The notes: generated from the sequence alone by a model not told the origin. A stretch of DNA of 64,000 nt from Oscillospiraceae bacterium (GCA_009776445.1 WRNV01000004.1:427-64426), one strand, 5' to 3'. Numbered from the stretch's first letter, positions 1 to 8,944 are shown. Translations and numbers: made by a program.

Positions 1-897
1 CGCGCGCGCGCGGGTAAACACATACTGGCTTCCGCTATTGAGCACGATGCGGTCATGGAACCCTTAAAAAAACTTGGGAACATGGGGTGGGACGTGACAT
101 ACCTCGCGCCCGATGGCGCTGGACGCGTCACTGCTGATGCTTTTGCCGCCGCGCTTCGTGAGGACACTGTATTTGCGACTGTCATGCTAGTCAATAACGA
201 AACCGGCGCGATAAACCCGGTAAGCGAGTATTCGCGTGAGATCAAGCGCCGGGGACTGCGTACCGTGCTGCATACCGACGCGGTGCAGGGTTTTTGCAAA
301 ATTCCCCTTAACGTAAAGACGCTCGGAGCCGACATCGTCAGCGTTAGCGCCCACAAGATACACGGCCCCAAAGGCGTTGGTGCTTTGTATGTCAAAGAAG
401 GAGTCAAACTGTCTCCTCTTATCTTTGGCGGAAGCCAGGAAAAAGGAAAACGTCCCGGCACGGAAGCATTGCCGGCCATTGCGGGCTTCGGCGAGGCTGC
501 GCGGCTCGGTCGCCTTGAGTTTCATGATACGTCGGAAGCCGTACGCAAAGTCCGCGATCACGCTATCACCCTGCTATCCGAACAACTGCCCGAAGCCGTG
601 ATAATTGGCGCCGGGGACTCCCCGTTTTTGCTTAACCTTTCGCTTCCGGGCTATAAAAGCGAGGTTTTGATGAGTTTTCTGGATAGCGAGGGGATTTGCG
701 TATCAAAAAGCTCGGCGTGCAAGAAGGGCGCGCGCAGCCGCGTTCTTGAGGCTATGTGCCTGAAAAACGAAGTGATCGACGGGGCGCTGCGCGTGAGCTT
801 CTCGCGTTTCAACACCGTTGAAGAATCTGAATGCTTCGTCTCGACACTAAAATGCGCGTCGGAAAAACTGATAAAAAACAAGAGTAAAAATAGTTGA
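1..897 (+). CDS. Cysteine desulfurase (NifS/IscS-type class V aminotransferase), N-terminus off the left window edge
   Basis: Frame 1 is open from nt 1 (RARAGKHILASAIEHDAV precedes the first Met at 55). HTDAVQG, SVSAHKIHGPKGVGALYV (PLP-lysine context) and a C-terminal SSAC Cys loop are family hallmarks. Confidence 0.85.
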   Translation, partial: RARAGKHILASAIEHDAVMEPLKKLGNMGWDVTYLAPDGAGRVTADAFAAALREDTVFATVMLVNNETGAINPVSEYSREIKRRGLRTVLHTDAVQGFCKIPLNVKTLGADIVSVSAHKIHGPKGVGALYVKEGVKLSPLIFGGSQEKGKRPGTEALPAIAGFGEAARLGRLEFHDTSEAVRKVRDHAITLLSEQLPEAVIIGAGDSPFLLNLSLPGYKSEVLMSFLDSEGICVSKSSACKKGARSRVLEAMCLKNEVIDGALRVSFSRFNTVEESECFVSTLKCASEKLIKNKSKNS

Positions 898-1041
898 AAA
901 AGCAAAAACTAAATAGTTATATGGTTATCATTTTTAAGTAATACTGACCTTATTGCACAAGATAATCCTTATTATGTCAACTCAATTACACAACAATTAG
1001 CAAAAAAGAACCAAAAATATAAAATATTGGTATTTTTACAC

Positions 1042-1069
1042 TTGACAAAGTTTAAAACTGTAGTATAGT
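1042..1069 (+). promoter_or_regulatory. Candidate sigma-70 promoter TTGACA-16-TATAGT, oriented antisense to the recombinase gene
   Basis: TTGACA at 1042-1047 and TATAGT at 1064-1069 with a 16-nt spacer, in the AT-rich gap between two convergent gene ends. Confidence 0.35.
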
Positions 1070-1097
1070 TAGCAGGAATTGGATGTTCTGTCTCAAC

Positions 1098-1673
1098 TTA
1101 TATGGTCAGTTGCAGACCTAAATATACTGCGTCTTTATCGTCTTGCGTCACTCCCAAGTATCTACGTGTAACCTCAAATGAGCTGTGGTTGTAAATTTCC
1201 ATAATGACTGCCGGGGACACGCCGCTTTTCCAAGCGTGGTAGCCGAAAGTCTTTCGCAATGAGTGGCAAGAAACCGGATACTGAAGCTGCAGCGCTTCCG
1301 CAGCTGCGCGTATAAGCCGGTAAGCTTGGATTCTGCTGATAGCCTTTTCCGTTTGACGGTTTTCAATCAGAAAACGCCCACTGAGCGCCGCTTCTTCGGC
1401 GAACGCGGCGAGCGACTGTTTGGCAGCACTGTTGAGCGCTATGATTTTTTGCTTGTGTGTTTTTACCTCGGTAACGCTGATACTTTTGCGGATACGGTTG
1501 AGATCGAAGTCGTATACATCGTCCCAAGTCAAGCGAAGAAGGTCGCTGATTCTGAGAGCGGTGTGGACTCCGAGCACGATGAGGACATGGTTTCGCCGTT
1601 GCCCTTTCTGTAGATAAAACCCCGCTAGCGCGCGGACTTCCTGCCTGTTCCTAATTGGTTGAGTGGTTGCCAT
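1098..1673 (-). CDS. Small tyrosine recombinase/integrase (catalytic domain only, 191 aa)
   Basis: Catalytic signature in order: ALRISD (Arg), HSLRKT (His-x-x-Arg), NHSS (His), RRYLG (Tyr nucleophile). RBS AAAGGAGGAAA lies upstream of the ATG. Confidence 0.85.
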   Translation of the reverse strand: MATTQPIRNRQEVRALAGFYLQKGQRRNHVLIVLGVHTALRISDLLRLTWDDVYDFDLNRIRKSISVTEVKTHKQKIIALNSAAKQSLAAFAEEAALSGRFLIENRQTEKAISRIQAYRLIRAAAEALQLQYPVSCHSLRKTFGYHAWKSGVSPAVIMEIYNHSSFEVTRRYLGVTQDDKDAVYLGLQLTI

Positions 1674-1703
1674 TGTCTATTTCCTCCTTTAGTAATTTAT
1701 TGC

Positions 1704-1776
1704 ATGTAACATAGTTCCTATTATGTTACATATGCGAATTATTTGCATATGTAACATAATAGGAAACATGTTACAT
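1704..1776. repeat. Four copies of ATGTAACAT/ATGTTACAT arranged > < > <, forming two inverted 28-bp lox/dif-like sites
   Basis: 9-mers at 1704-1712, 1723-1731, 1749-1757 and 1768-1776. The 10-nt spacers AGTTCCTATT and AATAGGAAAC are near reverse complements. Arms 1703-1735 and 1745-1777 match 31/33 as an inverted repeat. Confidence 0.8.
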
Positions 1777-1909
1777 AGTGCCCTCCCCAGTTGATCCAAC
1801 TCGCTTCAATTGGGAGATCGGCGCGCGGCGTAGCGTACGTTCATGACAAAGCCAGCGGGAAGAGCTGAGAGCATTCTTTATAAAATTATAAAACAGGAGG
1901 ATCACGAGA

Positions 1910-3412
1910 ATGACAAGCAGATACATGCTTCAGAGTCAAAAGAAAGAAAACTGGTCGTTTACTAAAACGCTTATGATCATACTTTGCGTAGCTGTATTAT
2001 CTTCGCTTTGCGGACCTTTCAGTTTAGCAGCGGATACAGCCTCTATTAGCGTGGGGCAAGCGTCCGCTAAACCCGGCGAAAGTATAACGATTTCAATATC
2101 TCTTGACAGCAACCCTGGAATTGCGGCATTGAATATCAAAATTGAGTATGACTCAACAAGATTGCGCATAGACAACCAAAACGCAATCGCAAGAGGGCCG
2201 GCGCTTGGATTTCTTACGTTTGTTGGGGCAAACGAAGTTACTTATGGCAACAATCCATTTTCTGCCATATGGTATGGCGCAATGAATGAGACGTCAACAG
2301 GGACACTACTGAACGTAACATTCACCGTATTGGCTAATGCGCCAAGTGGCTTGGCGTATGTTAGAGCTAACTGCGATTCAGGCGATGTATTAGACCTTTA
2401 TGAAGAACAAATCCCGATTTCAATAATGCAAGGCAGCGTGAATGTTTCGTCTGGCAGTGGAGATACTTCTGACCCCCAAAAAAACACGCCACCTACACCT
2501 CCGCCTCCAGTCGCGAATACGCCGATTGAACAATTCAGCAAGTTGATCGAAAATGCCGTTGTGCAATTTGAGGATGTGAAAACACTGCCAGACAACTTCC
2601 GAGCGTTGATTGCTGACCGTCCGGTATTTTCAATACAGGCGGATGCTACCGGAAGTCTTGCAAAAGTATCCATACCCTACACCTTAAAAGTAGGGCAAAT
2701 GCCTGAAAGTCTACTCGTTTATCATATAGATTCGTCTGATTCTTTAAGTATTGTAAAGCTGTGTCTATATGATGAAGCTGATTCGAGACTGAAGATGATC
2801 GGCTCTGTCGGAGAAAGATACATGATAGGGGAAAGCAAAATTAGCTTCACAGATGTCGCTGAAAACGCTTGGTATTATCGCGCTGTTTCATTTGGAGCTG
2901 CGCGTAAATTGTTTGAGGGAGTAGGAAACAACCTCTTTGCGCCTCAAGGGACGATGACGAGGGCAATGTTTATAACAGTACTTGCGAATTTTGACGGTGA
3001 GGATGTATCGAAGTATACAAACTCACCGTTTACTGATGTAAATATCGAATCGTGGTACGGTACAAAGGTTACGTGGGCAATGGAAAATGGTTTGCTTGAC
3101 GGCGGAATACTTGTCGGAACCGAACCCGGGACGTTTGATCCGAACGGTTTTATGACGCGGGAGCAGCTAGCCGTGTTGCTCGATAACTATATTACATATA
3201 AAGACTTGACTGTGCCGGAAGTTACAGGTAACGCTCTGGAGTTTTCCGATATTGAGCAAGCCAGTGAGTGGTCGCGTTCCTCAATTCGCAATATGCGTAC
3301 TTATGGAACCCTAGCGGGAGTGGGCAACAACCTCTTTAGTCCGAAAGGTGAAACCACCCGGGCCGAGATGGCCCAAATCCTTTACAATCTGATTAGTGTT
3401 CTGGTCAGTTAA
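1910..3412 (+). CDS. Secreted cohesin-domain protein with three C-terminal SLH domains (putative S-layer-anchored scaffold)
   Basis: RBS AGGAGG. Signal peptide. Cohesin-like ISVGQASAKPGESITISISLDSNPGIAALNIKIEYDSTRLRI. Pro-rich linker. Three SLH repeats (FTDVAENAWYY..., FTDVNIESWYG..., FSDIEQASEW...). Confidence 0.8.
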   Translation: MTSRYMLQSQKKENWSFTKTLMIILCVAVLSSLCGPFSLAADTASISVGQASAKPGESITISISLDSNPGIAALNIKIEYDSTRLRIDNQNAIARGPALGFLTFVGANEVTYGNNPFSAIWYGAMNETSTGTLLNVTFTVLANAPSGLAYVRANCDSGDVLDLYEEQIPISIMQGSVNVSSGSGDTSDPQKNTPPTPPPPVANTPIEQFSKLIENAVVQFEDVKTLPDNFRALIADRPVFSIQADATGSLAKVSIPYTLKVGQMPESLLVYHIDSSDSLSIVKLCLYDEADSRLKMIGSVGERYMIGESKISFTDVAENAWYYRAVSFGAARKLFEGVGNNLFAPQGTMTRAMFITVLANFDGEDVSKYTNSPFTDVNIESWYGTKVTWAMENGLLDGGILVGTEPGTFDPNGFMTREQLAVLLDNYITYKDLTVPEVTGNALEFSDIEQASEWSRSSIRNMRTYGTLAGVGNNLFSPKGETTRAEMAQILYNLISVLVS

Positions 3413-3508
3413 TATATGGAACAACTCAAAGCGCAATAATGGAATCAGGAGGGGTAAACGGTGTCACAAAATCTTTCAATCAAAAAAAATATGAATCAGG
3501 AGGGCAAC

Positions 3509-6500
3509 ATGAAAACAAACAGGATGTTCAAAAAATCTTTGGCGATGCTACTATCACTCATCATGATTCTCAGTATGGCGCCGCTTGCGGCAGTCGCGGA
3601 AGGCGAGTCAGAATACTTGGGGGGCGAGACTATTGCTATCGAGCCGCTTCCGGATACGATGGAGTCGCAGTCGGATTTGTCTGATACGGAAATAACCTCT
3701 GACGTGGAGATAACTCCAAGTCTTGCGGAAACAGGCTTTATTGGTATTCAAGCATCATCGTCAGGCGCGGATCCCGGCTTAGACCTTTTGCTTGCTGGGT
3801 ATAATATGTTTGGTGGAACAGAATTCTGTCGAAATAATACGATTGCGCTTGTTACTCCCGTAGGACGAGCAACGTTAGAGCAAGTAAACAATAACGTTGG
3901 ATTTATGAATTTTACAGGAGGTAACAGAGCGTCTTATCAATTTTACGCTGCGAGTAACATGGAATATTTGGCAAAAAGTAAAGGTCTGGATATTTTCGAA
4001 AGCGTCTCAAGAGGGATTGGTTATGAAAATGAAGTCAAAGTTGGGGCTGAAGTGAAATATGGGCCAGCGAAATTCACAGCCGAACAGGTTTTGAAAGCTT
4101 CCGCCAAAGCAGGATTCACACAAACTAATCAAAACACCTCTAATTACTCGTATGCTAATTCATACGAAAACTTCTTTTCTGTCATGGAAATCCGTAGAGA
4201 ACTTGGGCGAAACCACATCATTGACGTTAACAGTTTACGTACAAACAACGCGTTATATTGGAACGCGCTTTCACAAGACGCCAAAGATGCCTTATTGGGT
4301 GTAGGTGTTAGTGGTTCAAATATGGATCTGCTGTTTAGCACATATGGTACACACATTATTACTTCATATAACTTTGGGGGTCGCACGGAACATTACACAT
4401 CCATAATAAGAACAGCTTCACAGTCCGAAGAAAGCATAATGAGTCTCACAGGTAACGGTTCTTCAGGCGGAATAAACATTTTAGGGCTGCAAGCAAGCGT
4501 CGATAAAAACAAAACCACCATCGAAACGGCTGAAACTCTCGCAGCTACTGGGAGATACGAATATAGTGTCAAAAGCTATGTTTTCGGAGGCAACATGAGC
4601 TTGGGTAGCGCGCTTGACCCAAAATCAGATCCTGTGGATTTCGATAATTGGCTAAACTCAATAAGTCCAGCAGATCCCGTAAACACAACAGAAGTATTTG
4701 TTGATGATAAGCTTGAATTAGTGGGAATATGGGAATTGCTTCCTCCTGGAAACGAAGCTCGACAAGCGGAAATTCAAAAAGCCTTCCTTGATAAATACCG
4801 CAGCTATGACATGAACTTTTTCGAGAATTACATTTACAATGTGGCGAATATCATAAAAGACATGGAAAAGCCGCAGTACGACAGCAGCTACTATCCAATA
4901 TCAACTGCGGCAGAGTTGGCTGCTATCGGTTCTAACGCCACTACGCTTTCGCGAAATTACATTCTGACAAACGATATTGACTTATCAGGCAGCGCTTTTT
5001 GGACGCCCATCGGTTCACAGAGCGATCCATTTACGGGAAGATTTGAAGGGAATGGGTGTACAGTAAGTGGAGTCCAAGTTGCCCCGAATAGTCCGGCTCC
5101 AGGATTATTTGGATATAACAACGGAACTATTAGGTATCTTAGCGTAATCTACAGCTCTCGATATGGAGGCGTCGCAGGTGCCAGTAACGGAACTATCACA
5201 GATTGCTATGCGGAGTTTGCCCATAAATCACCTACACAGACTATTGAGATAACAAATACAACAACAATCATGCCGACATTCGCAACTGTCGCAAACAGCA
5301 CCGTTTTATTAGATTTTACAAACAGAACAACATCAGGTTTTAGCGATATGTCGATAATAGTTCCAAGTACGGTGCAGACAGTGATTTTTCGCGGAGTTGG
5401 GATAATATATACATCACTAAACGTTGCTATTCAAGGTAATAACACTGATGTCGTTTTTGAGAATTTCAACTTTAGAGGTACATCTTCCAGCACGGCTACA
5501 GCAGCCTTATACTTTACCGGTTCCAATCCGGGATTAATTTTACGCGGAACAAGTAACACGATAACAGGGTATGGAAGATATGCTAACAGCAATGGTTCTC
5601 GCTCTGTAGTCGAAGCTAACGGCAATTTGTATATTTGTGGAAACGCGGATTTTACCGTTGTCCATGATAATACTTATTCGTCTTCAACATCAGGTGACTT
5701 TGGGAAAAATGCTATTGGTGTTGTCGAAACATTGGACATTGCTCTTGGAGCTGCATTGACAGCTAAAGGCGGTGATGGTCGTGGAGGTTCTAATGGCAGT
5801 AATGGCAGTCCTGGAGCGGATAATTTCAATGGATGGAAAGATGGAGAAGCAGGTAAGCCTGGATACGATGGCTCCAGTGGCGGAAATGGCGGAAATGGAA
5901 TATCTACGAATAAACTCAACATATTAAATAACTCTAGTATAATTGCTACTGGTGGGGACGCTGGAAACGGGGGAGACGGAGGAACTGGAGGAAAAGGAGG
6001 AAGAGGTGGCGATGCAATGGTGGCCGGAAATGGTGGTATTGGAGGTGCTGGTGGCTATGGCGGCACAGGAGGTCGTGGAGGTAAAGGCGGCACTCCGCTA
6101 GTAGCAGAAAGCCATAACCTTAATGAACCACCTCTCCAATACTATTTAAACCTAAATGTAGGCAAAGGAGGCGTAGGCGGTTCAGGTGGTTATGGTGGTT
6201 ATGGTGGTCAAGGTGGAGCTACCCTTAATTTTTATTTGACAGTGTTAAGAAGGAATTCAGGTGGAGATGGTGGCAGAGGTGGCGCGGGTGGCGTGGGCGG
6301 ATACCATGGTCTCCTTGATATTGTCGGGGGTATAAATGAAACTACTGGTTATTACTATACAGCGGCTGGTGGTACTGGCGGTTATGGCGGAAGCGGCGGA
6401 TTCCCTAATGGAATATCATATACCTCGACCCGCGCGAGTTCTGGCGCATCCACCCTGCTTACTAATGAAGCTACCTACTTGACGAAAACACTAGGGCAAA

Positions 6501-8944
6501 AGTCAACTATAACCCTAAATACCGCTTTGTGGACGACAATACTTAATCAGTTCACCATTGGCATCGGTAGTCCTAACTTTGTGAAACTGTCGTACTATCC
6601 TGGAGACATATTTGATCCTTCGGGCTTTGTATTTATGAATAAAAACGGTTCAACAATACCGTACAGCTCAATAGATTTCAAATATGATTTTTCTAGTTTT
6701 GGGCAGACCCTTGTAACTGCAACCTACTATGTGGGTTCCGTTGCCATTGTCCGGTATATACCTGTTAAGGTAGAGCGCCCCACAGTGGATAGCATAGAAC
6801 TGTTTAAGCCCGCCAGAACACAATTCTATATAGGACAAGACTTTGATTCCCAAGGGATTGCGATAGATATAAATTATAGCGATGGTCACACAATAATTCT
6901 TACGGATGGGATTACAGTCACTCCTCCAGAAGATGTTACATCTACAGCAGGTACGAAAACAGTTTCTGTTTCACGTCCGGCATATGAGGGTACCTTTAAC
7001 CATCCAGGCATTTCGGAGTTTTCCAGTTCGTATCAAATAACCGTTGAAAATGATTTTCCGGTTAAACTTGAGGTTATTAACAAGCCTACTGTTATTCAGA
7101 TGGAAGGCAATGTATTTAACTCAACAGGTATGAGCTTTAGGGTCGAGTATATGAGCGGTGCTATAGATACAATTTACCCATCCAGCTTGACTTTTTCTCA
7201 TGGCTTGCTAAGTTCTCCAAACCCGAATTTCCCGATTACAGCTACTTATAGCACATCGGTAATTGTCAGTTGTACGTTTACAGTAGAAGTTTTGAGAGAT
7301 CCAATAATTAGACTCGAACTTAGTCCTACTCTAGTTCCAAGCTTATATGCTGGAGATATCTTTAATCCTGTAGGCTTAACTATCAGCGCTGTGCGTGAAA
7401 GTTCGCGAAAAACCGTCTTGCCGTGGAGTGATATTGACGTCCAACCGGATAGAACCTTACTGCAATCGGACAATGAACTCACCTTCATTTACTTCGATGC
7501 TATAGGTGGAAATTTTATAACTCTGCATGAGCCGATAACCGTTAGCCCTGTTGTACAAATTGGCATTGAAATTTCTCAGATGCCCACAAAGCAAAACTAT
7601 ATTGAGGGGGATTCATTTGACTCAGAAGGAATGATTGTAGACCGTGTGTTTAACAATGGAAACCGGGAAAGTGGTATTTCTGGATACGGTCTTTCCCACG
7701 GTGTATTAAGTTTAAATGATAGTTTCATCACAATAACAGATAATGGGTTTGAAGAATTTATTCCAGTGTTTGTTAGAGAAAAGCGCGTAACTACGCTTGA
7801 ATACACCCAACTACCCACTAAAACCGAATATGAAGAAGGTGAATATTTCGACCCAGCTGGAATGGTGGTTCAGGGAACATATGACAATGGGTATATAGAT
7901 TATAATGTAATGGGTTACGACTACTACCCAGATCGCCCGCTTATTGTTGAGGATACGGAAGTTATTATTTCATATGGCGGGGAGTCAACTAACATCCCTA
8001 TCACCGTTACGCCAGTCAAGCCTACTGGAGTGACGCTAAACAGAACAGCTCTCACGTTGTTCGTTGGATACTCAGGGATAATACTTGAGACAGTCCTTCC
8101 AGATAACGCGGCTGATAAAAAGGTGACGTGGAGCAGTGATGATCTTACGGTTGCGTCGGTTGATGAATTTGGTGTTGTAACTGCATTGGCGGAAGGAACG
8201 GCGATTATCACAGCAACAACTATAGAAGGAGACTTCTCCGCGAGTTGTAGGATAGACGTTGTTTTGGAAACCTCGTCGCTCATCACAGTATCCTCCGCTA
8301 CGGCTTTACGTGACAAAACAGTTACAGTAAATATTGACATTGAAAACAATCCGGGGTTTGCCGGAATGACACTCAAGGTGAGTTTCCCGAAAGAATTGAC
8401 TTTAACCCGATATGATCTTGGGGATATGGACTTGATTTTCGGATTCACTGGTCCCGATGGTGTTTTGCCAGGCGCAGCTTGCGACATATCAGACCAACTC
8501 TACTTAGTTTGGGGACGAACTTCAAACTACACGCAGGATGGAACGATTGTAACGCTGACATTCTCAATAGCGAATGACGCGCAACCGGGTGAATACCCTG
8601 TTCTTGTCACATTTGAACAGCATAACGGTCCTCGAACACCTGTTAATCTCCAAGAAACCCCTCTCGATATTTACATCATGGACGGAACGATTATCGCATT
8701 GCGGTGCATTCTCGGTAACGTAACCGATAGTGGTGAAGTTGGGCCGGCAGACTTGGTAAGACTAGCGCGATGGATAGCCGGTCATCAGGGTGTGTATATC
8801 AACGAATTTGCCGCTGACATCACAGGGCGCGGCGAAATTGGGCCTGCCGATCTCGTTAGGCTTGCGCGATGGATAGCTGGACATTTTGGCGATATGACTC
8901 TTGAAGAATTACGAACAAGACCAGATACAGGAGGTAGTCAATAG
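3509..8944 (+). CDS. Giant secreted multidomain protein: MACPF - GLUG - Gly-rich solenoid-like region - 6 Big_3-like - Big_2 - cohesin - dockerin
   Basis: Start chosen at ATG 3509 (CAGGAGGGCAACATG; MKTNRMFKKSLAMLLSL signal peptide). The ORF is open from GTG 3461. Domain motifs are listed under the sub-features and findings. Confidence 0.8.
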   Translation: MKTNRMFKKSLAMLLSLIMILSMAPLAAVAEGESEYLGGETIAIEPLPDTMESQSDLSDTEITSDVEITPSLAETGFIGIQASSSGADPGLDLLLAGYNMFGGTEFCRNNTIALVTPVGRATLEQVNNNVGFMNFTGGNRASYQFYAASNMEYLAKSKGLDIFESVSRGIGYENEVKVGAEVKYGPAKFTAEQVLKASAKAGFTQTNQNTSNYSYANSYENFFSVMEIRRELGRNHIIDVNSLRTNNALYWNALSQDAKDALLGVGVSGSNMDLLFSTYGTHIITSYNFGGRTEHYTSIIRTASQSEESIMSLTGNGSSGGINILGLQASVDKNKTTIETAETLAATGRYEYSVKSYVFGGNMSLGSALDPKSDPVDFDNWLNSISPADPVNTTEVFVDDKLELVGIWELLPPGNEARQAEIQKAFLDKYRSYDMNFFENYIYNVANIIKDMEKPQYDSSYYPISTAAELAAIGSNATTLSRNYILTNDIDLSGSAFWTPIGSQSDPFTGRFEGNGCTVSGVQVAPNSPAPGLFGYNNGTIRYLSVIYSSRYGGVAGASNGTITDCYAEFAHKSPTQTIEITNTTTIMPTFATVANSTVLLDFTNRTTSGFSDMSIIVPSTVQTVIFRGVGIIYTSLNVAIQGNNTDVVFENFNFRGTSSSTATAALYFTGSNPGLILRGTSNTITGYGRYANSNGSRSVVEANGNLYICGNADFTVVHDNTYSSSTSGDFGKNAIGVVETLDIALGAALTAKGGDGRGGSNGSNGSPGADNFNGWKDGEAGKPGYDGSSGGNGGNGISTNKLNILNNSSIIATGGDAGNGGDGGTGGKGGRGGDAMVAGNGGIGGAGGYGGTGGRGGKGGTPLVAESHNLNEPPLQYYLNLNVGKGGVGGSGGYGGYGGQGGATLNFYLTVLRRNSGGDGGRGGAGGVGGYHGLLDIVGGINETTGYYYTAAGGTGGYGGSGGFPNGISYTSTRASSGASTLLTNEATYLTKTLGQKSTITLNTALWTTILNQFTIGIGSPNFVKLSYYPGDIFDPSGFVFMNKNGSTIPYSSIDFKYDFSSFGQTLVTATYYVGSVAIVRYIPVKVERPTVDSIELFKPARTQFYIGQDFDSQGIAIDINYSDGHTIILTDGITVTPPEDVTSTAGTKTVSVSRPAYEGTFNHPGISEFSSSYQITVENDFPVKLEVINKPTVIQMEGNVFNSTGMSFRVEYMSGAIDTIYPSSLTFSHGLLSSPNPNFPITATYSTSVIVSCTFTVEVLRDPIIRLELSPTLVPSLYAGDIFNPVGLTISAVRESSRKTVLPWSDIDVQPDRTLLQSDNELTFIYFDAIGGNFITLHEPITVSPVVQIGIEISQMPTKQNYIEGDSFDSEGMIVDRVFNNGNRESGISGYGLSHGVLSLNDSFITITDNGFEEFIPVFVREKRVTTLEYTQLPTKTEYEEGEYFDPAGMVVQGTYDNGYIDYNVMGYDYYPDRPLIVEDTEVIISYGGESTNIPITVTPVKPTGVTLNRTALTLFVGYSGIILETVLPDNAADKKVTWSSDDLTVASVDEFGVVTALAEGTAIITATTIEGDFSASCRIDVVLETSSLITVSSATALRDKTVTVNIDIENNPGFAGMTLKVSFPKELTLTRYDLGDMDLIFGFTGPDGVLPGAACDISDQLYLVWGRTSNYTQDGTIVTLTFSIANDAQPGEYPVLVTFEQHNGPRTPVNLQETPLDIYIMDGTIIALRCILGNVTDSGEVGPADLVRLARWIAGHQGVYINEFAADITGRGEIGPADLVRLARWIAGHFGDMTLEELRTRPDTGGSQ
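3770..4750 (+). other. MACPF (membrane-attack-complex/perforin) domain region
   Basis: Signature YGTHIITSYNFGG (nt 4343-4381) fits (Y/W)-G-(T/S)-H-x7-G-G. There is an upstream AGYNMFGG, a second FGGN, and a C-terminal W..SI...P....LELVGIWELLP tail typical of the family. Confidence 0.65.
8030..8262 (+). other. Big_2 (bacterial Ig-like group 2) module
   Basis: VTLNRTALTLFVGYSGIILETVLPDNAADKKVTWSSDDLTVASVDEFGVVTALAEGTAIITATT. Confidence 0.7.
8281..8698 (+). other. Cohesin-like module inside the MACPF protein
   Basis: ITVSSATALRDKTVTVNIDIENNPGFAGMTLKVSFPKELTL resembles the cohesins of the two flanking genes (NPGFAGMALKISYP in the downstream gene, NPGIAALNIKIEYD in the upstream gene). Confidence 0.55.
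8710..8892 (+). other. Dockerin-like duplicated segment (degenerate Ca-binding loops)
   Basis: Two 22-residue-type segments, GNVTDSGEVGPADLVRLARWIAGH and ADITGRGEIGPADLVRLARWIAGH. Confidence 0.55.

Noticed and set aside
1-12. (CG)6 dinucleotide run at the window start, a possible Z-DNA or repeat feature
   Set aside because: It lies in frame inside the cysteine desulfurase coding sequence (RARA). Twelve nucleotides at a window edge are not interpretable.
1098-1673. Recombinase as the integrase of a prophage or ICE covering the window
   Set aside because: The window has no phage structural, replication, conjugation or excisionase genes. The recombinase lacks an arm- or core-binding N-domain, and no direct att-like repeats flank a defined segment.
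3461-3508. Upstream GTG start (MSQNLSIKKNMNQEGN...) for the MACPF protein
   Set aside because: The ATG at 3509 has a better-placed AGGAGGG and begins directly with a typical signal peptide. The extension adds 16 hydrophilic residues. It is kept only as an alternative.
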